Below, piece after piece: positions 39,201 to 51,200 of a stretch of DNA of 64,000 bases (position 1 is the stretch's first letter; the number at the start of each line of letters is the position of its first letter). Both the position numbers and the translations under genes were made by a program. Under the pieces are notes generated by a model that was not told where the DNA came from, made no database searches, and saw only the letters and a program-made list of their open reading frames with translations. The DNA is taken from assembly GCF_021869535.1 (NCBI RefSeq), contig NW_026262686.1, positions 1,860,001-1,924,000 on the forward strand. Reading direction: 5' to 3'. The DNA comes from Mytilus californianus. Its lineage: Eukaryota.

Positions 39201-42200
39201 TTCTCCTATGTCATGTATGTATAACAAAGTTAGACTTGTTCTGTAAAATATTGATGGCCCTGAAAAGGACTTCTTATGAGAGATATCCTCTGCACTAGAT
39301 GAATTCCAAGCCTTGTTCATTGTTGTTTGATCTTGTTTTCTCGTCACTTTATTGACTTTTAACCTGGCCTTTGCCCTTTTGTTTACATACACTGTGACAT
39401 CATTTTGATGGGAGATAACTTTTGTACAAATAAAGAAGCTCAAAAGGTAATGTGAATAATAGTCTTATTCAATGCATGGTGTAAATTTTTAGAGTTATTC
39501 ATCCTTCCTTGCATTTTAATGAAAATTAACTGAATTATTCCCTCTCACTTGATAATGTGTTATTGTTTAACATATATGTAAGGTATAATAATGATAATAA
39601 CTGCAGTATTTAGAGTCAAACACTATTCTTGCAGTATCAAGAGTACGTTTAACTTACCGAACTGTGTATCAAATACTTTATGTCCAGTATTGCCCTCCAT
39701 ATAATAGGTTGACTGAAAAATAAATAATCAATACAAGTATTTATATACATAATAAATAAATGAATAAAATAAATGTCAGCTTTAGCCCTCACCTAGTAAT
39801 TTTATTTATCTTATTAGGGGATCTAAATCATAAATGAAGGTCAAGGTCATCCATTTGGTATTGACCTCCTTCGTTTCTAAAAATGATGCATCAAGTGCTA
39901 GCAAACTCCAAACAATTGGGTAAGGGTATAATTGATTAGTAGATAAATACTTAATTTATCTCAAAATATAAATTGAATTATTGTTAATTCAGTTAGTCAA
40001 GTTAAAGTACATTTCCTGTTTTATAATGATACTTGCTTGTGCTAACTTATAATGTTTAACAATTTCTTGTGTTATAATGTTTAATAATTTCTTGTGCTAA
40101 CTTATTATGTTCAATAATTTCTTGTGCTAACTTATAATGTTTAACAATTTCTTGTGCTAACTTATGTTTAATAATTTCTTGTGCTAACTTATAATGTTTA
40201 TTATTAGTCGTCCCACTATCTATATCACTCTGCTCAGCTCTTAATAAAACAACATATCACAGCTTTGTGATGTCATATACATTGACCTGGCATTAACAAC
40301 TTTGACCTGGACATATCAACAACGTCATAATGTATAAACCGACGTTAATAAGTTTGACCCGAACTTATCAAGACATCTCCCGGGTTGCTGGTGAAACAAA
40401 GAAAACACTTATTTCTTTCATGCAAAATACGCAAATACAACCTAATTAATCGATTATCTGGTCATCTGCATATTGGTATTGTAAAATATAAGCTGCTCGA
40501 CACAATATGAAGCCTTTTTGAACTCGTTCGCTGCCCTCACTCGACAAAAAGCTTCATATTGTGACTCGCAGCTGATATTTTCAGTATCAATATGCAGACA
40601 ACCTGATAATCGGTACATAATTTCATGTGCTAACTTATAATATTTAATAATTTCATGGGCTAACTTATAATGTTTAATAATTTCTTTGGCTAACTTATAA
40701 TGTTTAAGCACAACAAAGTCTTGTGCTAACTTATCATGTTCAATCACAATAAAATCTTGTGCTAACTTATCATGTTTAATCACAATAAAATCTTGTGCTA
40801 ACTTATCATGTTTAATCACAATAAAATCTTGTGCTAACTTATCATGTTTAATCACAATAAAATCTTGTGCTAACTTATCATGTTTAATCACAATAAAATC
40901 TTGTGGTAATGTTTAATCATAATAAATTCTATTGCTGACTTATTTAATATGTTTAATCATAATAAATTCTATTGGTAACTTATTATGTTTAATCATGATA
41001 AACCCTTGTACTAACTGATTATGTTTACTTCTTATTAAAGTTTAATTGGATTGTTTTCTGACCTCATTAAAGTCTCCTACTCTTGGTATATGATTTTTCC
41101 TAGACTTCCCTAAGTACTGCCCTGTGTTAGAGATCACCACTGAAATGGAAAAACAAGTACTTTATGTATACATATTGTAAAATGCTCACCATCTAAGAGG
41201 ATAGAATTCTCAAGAGAGGGGAGATAATTACCTTTTTGTTCTACCTCCATGATTAGCATTTCAGAATAAATAACTTCAAAGACAGGGGAGATAATTACCT
41301 GTTAGTTCTATGATTACCATCTCAGAGGAAACTAGACATCATTGAGATGGGAGCTATGTCTGTGGGCCCCGCTGACCTTGAACTTTGACCTAGGAAGTTG
41401 TACAAACATTATGACACATCCTCTGGTGTTGGTTAATATACATGTCAAGTATAAAGTATAAAATCATAACGGTTCTCTAGATATAGAGCGGACACAATTT
41501 GTTACGGACTGACGGACGGACAGACTGATCACTATAGGGCGACCCGCCTAGGTGGGGCCATAATAACTTTCAAGACAGGAGAGATAATTACCTTTTCATT
41601 CTACAACCATGATCACCATCTAAGAGGAAATAACTTTCAAGACATTGCTGACAAGGGAGATAATTACTTGTTTGTTCTACCACCATGATCACCATCTTAG
41701 AGGAAACAACTTTCAAGACAGGGGAGATAATTACATGTTAGTTTTACCACCATGATCACAATCTCAGAGGAAATATCTTTCAAGACAAGGGAGATAATTA
41801 TCTGTTAGTTTTACCACCATGATCACTATCTAAGAGGATAGAACTTTCAAGACAGGGGAGATAATCATATGTTAGTTTTACCACCATGATCACAATCTCA
41901 GAGGAAATAACTTTCAAGACAAGGGAGATAATTGTCTGTTAGTTTTATCACCATGATCACTATCTAAGAGGATAGAACTCTCAAGACAGGGGAGACAATT
42001 ACCTGTTCGTTCTACTACCATATGATAAGCATCTCAGAGGAAATAACTTTCAAGACAGGGGAGATAATTACCTGTTAGTTCTACAACCATGATCAGCATC
42101 TAAGAGGATAGAACTCTCAAAACAGGGGAGATAATTACCTGTTCGTTCTACCGCCATGTTTAGCATCTCAGAGGAAATAACTTTCCAGACAGGGGAGATA

Positions 42201-45200
42201 ATTATCTGGTTATTTCTACAACCAAGATCAGCATCTTAGAGGATAGAACTCTCAAAACAGGGGAGATAATTACCTGGTTGTTCTACCACCATGATAAGCA
42301 TCTCAGAGGAAATAACTTATTTGATTTGAACTATCATTGAGTTTGTCAACCAGCCTCTGAATTAAACAACACTTTTTTTTTCTAAGGACTAAGGTGGTAT
42401 AAAAATTTTCTTGAAAGTGATAATTAGTGCACCTGATCCAGATTTTTATCATTCTGACATACTGGCAGAGGAGTACAACTCAAAAGTTCCTAACTAGCTT
42501 TGCACTTGTTTTCAATCTCTCTATTAATCAGGAGATGAAAACGTGATCACAGGAAAAATTTTGATTGGCTAATGATCACTGATTATGATTGTTTCCTTTG
42601 AGAAAAGTTTAAAATGGGGAACAAAACAAAAAATTTGAGTGAAGATTTTCACAAATCAGGTTTTAGGGCTATTTTCACAATCAGGATTTTGTAATCAGGA
42701 CAAGAGGTTTATATATATATCGTGTAGTGCATGCCATAGTCCTATAAGTTGGCAGGTATGAAGATGAAAAGGAAGAAGAGAAAGACAACAATTTTCTATA
42801 AAAAAAATGTGACAAGCCAAAGATGTGTATTACCTGCTGTGTTAGCTAAAATGTCTCCATGATCAGCATCACACTCCAGTATAGGGGACACTATAACCAT
42901 GTTGTATTTACCTGCTGTGTTAGCTAGAATATCTCCATGATCAGCATCAGGCTCCAGTATAGGGGACACTATAACCATGTTGTATTTACCTGCTGTGTTA
43001 GCTAAAATGTCTCCATGATCAGCATCACGCTCCAGTATAGGGGAAACTATAACCATGTTGTATTACCTGCTGTGTTAGCTAGAATATCTCCATGATCAGC
43101 ATCACGCTCCAGTATAGGGGACTCTATAACCATGTTGTATTACCTGCTGTGTTAGCTAGAATATCTCCATGATCAGCATCACGCTCCAGTATAGGGGACA
43201 CTATAACCATGTTGTATTACCTGCTGTGTTAGCTAGAATATCTCCATGATCATCATCACGCTCCAGTATAGGGGACACTATAACCATGATAACCATGTTG
43301 TATTTACCTGCTGTGTTAGCTAGAATATCTCCATGATCAGCATCACGCTCCAGTATAGGGGACATTATAACCATGTTGTATTTACCTGCTGGGTTAGCTA
43401 GAATATCTCCATGATCAGCATCACGCTCCAGTATAGGGGACACTATAACCATGTTCTATTTACCTGCTGTGTTAGCTAGAATGTCTCCATGATCAGCATC
43501 ACGCTCCAGTATAGGGGACACTATAACCATGTTGTATTTACCTGCTGTGTTAGCTAGAATATCTCCATGATCAGCATCACGCTCCAGTATAGGGGACACT
43601 ATAACCATGTTGTATTACCTGCTGTGTTAGCTAGAATATCTCCATGATCAGCATCAGGCTCCAGTATAGGGGACACTATAACCATGTTGTATTTACCTGC
43701 TGTGTTAGCTAGAATATCTCCATGATCAGCATCACGCTCCAGTATAGGGGACACTATAACCATGTTGTATTTACCTGCTGTGTTATCTAGAATATCTCCA
43801 TGATCAGCATCACGCTTCAGTATAGGGGACATTATAACCATGTTGTATTACCTGCTGTGTTAGCTAGAATATCTCCATGATCAGCATCACGCTCCAGTAT
43901 AGGGGACACTATAACCATGTTGTATTTACCTGCTGTGTTAGCTAGAATATCTCCATGATCAGCATCACGCTCCAGTATAGGGGACACTATAACCATGTTG
44001 TATTTACCTGCTGTGTTAGCTAGAATATCTCCATGATCAGCATCACGCTCCAGTATAGGGGACACTATAACCATGTTGTATTTACCTGCTGTGTTATCTA
44101 GAATATCTCCATGATCAGCATCACGCTTCAGTATAGGGGACATTATAACCATGTTGTATTACCTGCTGTGTTAGCTAGAATATCTCCATGATCAGCATCA
44201 CGCTCCAGTATAGGGGACACTATAACCATGTTGTATTTACCTGCTGTATTAGCTAGAATATCTCCATGATCAGCATCACGCTCCAGTATAGGGGACACTA
44301 TAACCATATTGTATTTCTTTGCCAGCTGAAAAAAGTTTTAATAATATATATTGACTATTTACATGTATGGTTTTGAAAACAAAAGGAAGATTCTTAACTA
44401 AAATCTCATCAAAGGGCAAGAAACTTCCTCAAGTTGAAAGACAATAGAAGTCTGTTTATCGATCTGGTTTTTTTAAGGCAACTTCAATGATGTTGGTTAA
44501 CATTTGTTCTCACATAACTTGACTAAGAAAAAACTTTCTCAGTTCGGTTGCTTGAGTTATTATCATGCAAAAAAATCAAAGCAAAATTTAAGAAATAAAC
44601 ATTAATAAATTTATACCTAGAAATTATTTATAAAAGATCAAACTAGAGAATAAAAAACATACAATATTACATAGGATGGCCTGTCATGGTTGACAATTTA
44701 AGAAGTATTAGACATGTTGGTTGTTGCTTTACTTCCCTAGACACTTATTTACATTTTGTAGGTCATCAGATCTTAAAATGAACTCAGGCATAAAATTCCT
44801 CATCAGTAACAAAGATGAAAGCTTAATCAAAGCCACTCAGCTGTAAAATAAGTGATAAGTACCGTCCATCTAATGGCACAAGGTCAGAATATCTTCCAAA
44901 GATGCATTTGCACACTAAATTAAATAGCTGTTGGTCTTCAACCTGGTTTTGGAGGCAGCCACAATAGCAGAAGTAAATACTCCGAAAATCCCCGTAATTT
45001 TGGTTGAGACAAAGAATAAACTGTTGACACAGAGATGTGTCTCGCCTGTTGTCAAAAATTTGAAAAAATGTGAATCTGATGGACAGCAACATTGCTTATT
45101 AATTCAAAGTCGCTGGACCATGACCTAGAGTCAGGGCCTCAAAATTGTTGTCAAATTGATATAAACTGATAGTAATGCAACTTTACAGAAAGTATCATTA

Positions 45201-48200
45201 CCTATCACAAGTAGTTCCTATCAAACTGACTTAAGCAGAAAACTTAACAATTGTTGATGCCACTGCCGCTGGCAAAGCAACACCTATGCCTCGCATTTCG
45301 TGAATTTCGTCGCTGACGATACAAAAACTCTAATGATTACTGAAAATTTAGGATTTATCTGCTATTCAGATTTTTTAGTTTATATCATGTTTATGAAGAA
45401 AGTAGATAATTTATACCTCCTGTCACATTTTATGTGGAAGGGGGAGATAATTCACACATCTTGTAACATTTTATTTGGAAGGGGGGAGATAATTCACACC
45501 TCTTGTAACATTTTATGTGGAAGGGGAGACAATTCATACCTATTGTGACATCTTTTTTGGGAAAGGAATGTTGAAGGGGGAGATAATTCATACCTATGGT
45601 GATATCTTTTTGGGGAAGGGAGATAATTCACACCTCTTGTAACATTTTTGTGTGGAAGAGGAAGATAATTCATACCTATGGTGATATCTTTTTGGGGAAG
45701 GGAGATAATTCATACCTCTTGTAACAATTTTGTTGTAGCTCCATCTTCTGCTGATTCAGCAAATTCACACCATGGGTGTTTCTCACGTGTACAGAAGGCA
45801 AATGGCATTGCTGTAAAATAAATGTGTGATTTTAATTTCCCAACAGCTTACTTTTGGTAAAAACTTGTCATAAATCAAAAAATTTCTGACACTTATCTTT
45901 TGGCAATAAAATATTCAAGTAGTTATATATATTCAAGCCATGGTAAGAAAACATTCAAAAATATATATGCCAATAATACTTTTTCACTTCAACTCTTATT
46001 GAGCAATTTCGCAAGGTTCTTGTACAATGTATTATCATTTTTGTATTTTGATATAAGTTGGATTATATTTTGCATTTTGTAATTAATAGTAATACATAAA
46101 AGTTGATTACCCTGCTCATGTAAAGAAAAACTCCATAGAAAAGTTTAACACTGTCTCTTGCCAAATTCAACATACATTTAAAAACATGGTGAATATTGGT
46201 AGCACCTAAGACAAAGTATTGTCCTCTGTTTCACTACAAAAGCACAAAACAAGTTTTTTTCTATTTCTAGACATGCTGAATAGTTAATTTTGCTCAACAT
46301 TTTATTGTTCAAATTAGCATTCCCAGGATAGGGTATGACATCATAATACTAACAAAACTGAAAATAACGGGACATTTCTTAACCTTTTACTTGACACAGT
46401 TATCTACCCTGATTTTTTCAACTTACTCCATGCTTCTTGTAAACAAATGACATTGACACCACATAAACTGGCCATCTCTATAATCTCTGATATTCTGTTG
46501 TGTAGAGATTCAACCTGAAACAGAAACCAGGACAATAGAAACACAACTTATAAACTTGCCATTTCTCTTCATATGTATCTAATATATACTGTTATGTTAA
46601 GATTCATATACTGTTATGTTAAGATTCAATCTCTTACAGAAATCAGATAGCATCAAAAACATAAAAAGGTAATAGGCAAACTTACACCACATACATAGTG
46701 CTCAGTGTTAACACCACATACATAGCGCTCAGTGTTAACACCACATACATAGTGCTCAGTGCTAACACCACATACATAGTGCTCAGTGCTAACACCACAT
46801 ATATAGTGTTCAGTGCTAACACCACATATATAGTGTTCAGTGCTAACACCACATATATAGTGCTCAGTGTTAACACCACATATATAGTGCTCAGTGCTAA
46901 CACCACATATACAGTGCTCAGTGTTAACACCACATACATAGTGCTCAGTGTTAACACCACATACATAGTGCTCAGTGCTAACACCACATATACAGTGCTC
47001 AGTGTTAACACCACATACATAGTGCTCAGTGCTAACACCACATATATAGTGCTCAGTCCTAACACCACATATATAGTGCTCAGTGCTAACACCACATATA
47101 TAGTGCTCAGTGCTAACACCACATATATAGTGCTCAGTGTTAACACCACATATATAGTGCTCAGTGCTAACACCACATATATAGTGCTCAGTGTTAATAC
47201 CACATATATAGTGCTCAGTGTTAACACCACATATATAGTGCTCAGTGCTAACACCACATATATAGTGCTCAGTACTAACACCACATATATAGTGTTCAGT
47301 GTTAACACCACATATATAATGCTCAGTCCTAACACCACATATATAGTGCTCAGTGTTAATACCACATATATAGTGCTCTGTGCTAACACCACATATATAG
47401 TGCTCTGTGCTAACACCACATATATAGTGCTCAGTGCTAACACCACATATATAGTGCTCAGTGATAACACCACATATATAGTGCTCAGTGTTAACACCAC
47501 ATATATAGTGCTCCGTGCTAACACCACATATATAGTGCTCCGTGCTAACACCACATAGATAGTGCTCCGTGCTTACACCACATATATAGTGCTCAGTGCT
47601 AACACCACATATATAGTGCTCAGTGCTAACACCATTCACACTTTATTTTCTGCTGTTTGCAAAAGCTCGCAATTTGATACCCTTGCTCCCTATACACACT
47701 TGAAAAGAATAATCTAATATGCAACTGCAAAGTCCATGTTTGGTACATAGAAATAATGAGTAAAAAGTAAAATAGGAATTGCCAATAAATGCCATATGTC
47801 ATGTCGAAATATTACCTGTTTTGATACAGACTTTGTGGTAGGCAGTTCATGGTTTAAATCTTACGTGTTTTGATACAGGCTCTGTAGTAGGCATTTTATG
47901 GATCTAACCTTCAGTCAGGGGTGCTACTTGTACAAGTAATTTTTATTTACTTGAAGAAGTAAGTATTAATATACTTATATAAGTAAATTTGTAGGATACT
48001 TATACAAGTGTATTTTATTTAATTTACTTGTATAGGTAAAAAAAAATGGGCTTAGTTATGTCCCTTAGACATTCAGATTTTTTTACTTATACAAGTAAAA
48101 AAGTCAGCCTATCTTCTTTTCTTGAATTCTTAGGACTTCTTTGCTCTAATAGAATTTTTGATTGTCTGTCCTTTGCAGATGTCTTTACTAATCATTTAAG

Positions 48201-51200
48201 TGTAATTTCATGGACAATGAAAATCTTATTTGTCTTTTATCTTCAGAACACTGCTCATTTACAAGCCCCCAAGGGGCAATTTTTGAAGGCCTTGTGCAAT
48301 TACTTAAGATCTTTGCTCAATCAGTTTCTTTGTTGAATTAATGAGATGAAACATTGAACTCTAATCAAACATTATGAGCTAACCTGAGAAAAATTGTTAA
48401 AGTCATGTTTATACATCTCAAAACTTGAGAATTTTTGTAGGATTGTAAAAAAAAATTACTTATACAAGTAAATTTTTGAGAAAATTAAGGGGAGATTATT
48501 CAAACATAATTAACTTCTATAAGTAGATTTTATTTACTTCTTCAAGTAAATAAAGATTACTTGTACAAGTAGTACCCCTGACTGACCCTACCTGTTTTGA
48601 TACAGACTCTGTAGTAGGCAGTTCATGGATCTAACCTTACCTGTTTTGATACAGACTCTGTAGTAGGCAGTTCATGGATCTAACCTTACCTGTTTTGATA
48701 CAGACTCTGTAGTAGGCAGTTCATGGATCTAACCTTACCTGTTTTGATATAGACTCTGTAGAAGGCAGTTCATGGATCTAACCTACACTGTTTTGATACA
48801 GATTTTGTAGTAGGCAGTTCGTGGATCTAACCTTACCTGTTTTGGTACAGGCTCTGTAGTAGGCACAATAATCTGATTTTGTATAGCACCAATTCTGACT
48901 ACTCTTGGTGGACGGAGAGATTCTTTTTCTGCAGTAAAACAACTGCCTTTTACTTCAAACTGTCTTTTATCTGCCAAATCTCTGGCCTCCTTTGGAAACT
49001 CTAGTTGTCTGTGTAAAACATTAACAAAATTAATTTGGTTTTGACCCTATAACATGTATAAGGGTTTTCAACATGTTCAAGATAGACAGTCAGGGGACTT
49101 ATTGAAATAAGTGATTTTAAATCACTTATTTCAGTAGCAAATTCAAAGTTTTGTCACAAACACATGCAAATTGTGATTTTGTAGTTTTACCAAAATTTTA
49201 AACACATAGGTTTAGATAATATCATTTCATTAGTAAAATTGAAAAAAATAAACTTTTTGCTTCTTTTAAGCAGCAAGGTTTATGCCTTTGATGCAATCAT
49301 TAAGCTGCAAATTCTATTTTAGTTAAAGAAATGCTATAAAAATGGCTTTACATAATGAACAATGAACTGATACTTTCTTAACAGATTTTTCCCAGCATTG
49401 TGAGTATTTTTCCTGTAAAATTCAAGGTTTCATCTTATAGATTATGTAATAAAATTCTACTGTTCGCCATCAAAATTTCACTGTTCGGGGGTGTTGAAAT
49501 TAGTCAGTCAAGGGTGTAACTTGAATAAGTTATTAGAGAAAAATAACATACATGTGTTATTACGGGTACTTTCTCTTAATCTGTAGTAACATATGTTTGT
49601 TATCAGTTAAATGTACCATAAAATTTTTTATTTTCAGTGGGTACTTGGGAATTCTTGAAACTTGCGCAGTAACTTAAAACATAACCTTGAAAACTTATTT
49701 TCAAATTCAATTAATACATTTTTGATCAACCATGGTAAATCAATGAGACAAGGCTTTTAAGTCAATAAGTGATAACTTCCTTAGCTGTAATAACAAGGCT
49801 TAGTTATTACAGGCATTTAACTTATTACATGAGACACTTGGGAATGACTAGGAAGCTTGCTCAGAACCTCATTACATGCTCTTATCATTATTTATTACAA
49901 TAAATAAATACATTAATATTGTGATATATATAGGAGAAAAGGCTTTGAAGAGATGTAGAGAAGCTGTAATAACACCCTTTAGTTATTACAGGCATATTTT
50001 TTCTGTAATAACATGGGTGTGTCATGCATGATTGGCATACTATGGGCTGTTATATCTTTCTATCGTTTAGTATACATAAAGCATTGCAAAGACAATAATA
50101 ATATCAATAGAACTAGTACACAATTTAACAAAATAAAGGATGTATAATGCCCCTTTGAAACATGTAACATACATATGTTATCACAGATTTTTGATTTTTC
50201 AGCCCTCAATAACAAATGTATGTTATTTTTCTCTAATAACTTATTTAAGTTAGACCCTTAACTGTTAGTGGGGGTTATTAAAATAATGATACTTAAAGAA
50301 GTGATTTTTTGGAAGGAAATTGAGGTATGATACTTAAACAAGTGATTTTTATGTCATTATCCTAGATTTAGTACAAGGTCATCACCTGACATGACCTGGT
50401 CATTCCTATCAACACAGATATTGGTTCTGATAATTTTAGCAACATAATTAGTCCCTGGATCATCAGTATTCTATATTTAAAGCTACAATAAAATTAAATC
50501 ACTTAGTCTAGTGATTAATTTGTACTACTTAAATAGGTGATTATCAAAGAAAGACAACTCTTACTTCCAACCTTTATGGACATAATGTTACTTGAATCAG
50601 TGATTTAGAAAATCACTCATTTAAGTAATTCCCCTGACTGATAGAAGGCAAAACTTGCATTTCACCCCTATGTTCTAATTTAGCAATGTTACCAATGTTA
50701 TTTGCAGATGCTGATCCAGCATTTTGAAAAAGGGGGGCCCAGGTGCCCCCAAAGTAGCCAACTTTTGTAGTGGAAAAGGTAAAATGTCTGAATTATCCAT
50801 TAATGTAGCTCCATAAGGGGGCGCCTAGGCACTCTGGCCTCTTCCTCTATAAATCCATCTCTTTTAAAATTAAATACATCATAGATGAATTTAGCCAAAT
50901 TAGGGTAAGTTTGCAAAACAGTTTTAGAGAAGATTTTTCTAAACTTTAACAGGCAACAACTGATGTCAAACACCAAATGATTGGAAATGTTTATAGGACC
51001 TCTGGGCCAATTGTTCCAACAGTGCAGGATTTAATTTGAAAATTTAAATACTGTTCACCTTTTAGAGTATACTAGTTAGCTTATGTTAAGACGAGATCTC
51101 TGCAACAGCACAACCTCGTGAAGAGCCGATTGACTTCTTTTGGACCATCGGATTGTCAGACTATTTGTCCTTCTGACTAATAAGGGACTGTCAAACTATC

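Noticed and set aside
42796-44152. Track ORFs repeating [21 protein letters not shown] as a separate repeat-protein gene
   Set aside because: They are amplified copies of UPB1 exon 5, broken by 77-bp frameshifting units, not an independent gene.
46653-47639. 286-328 aa repetitive ORFs in three frames
   Set aside because: Artefact of a 27-bp (9-codon) stop-poor monomer; open on both strands, no unique domain, lies in UPB1 intron 2.
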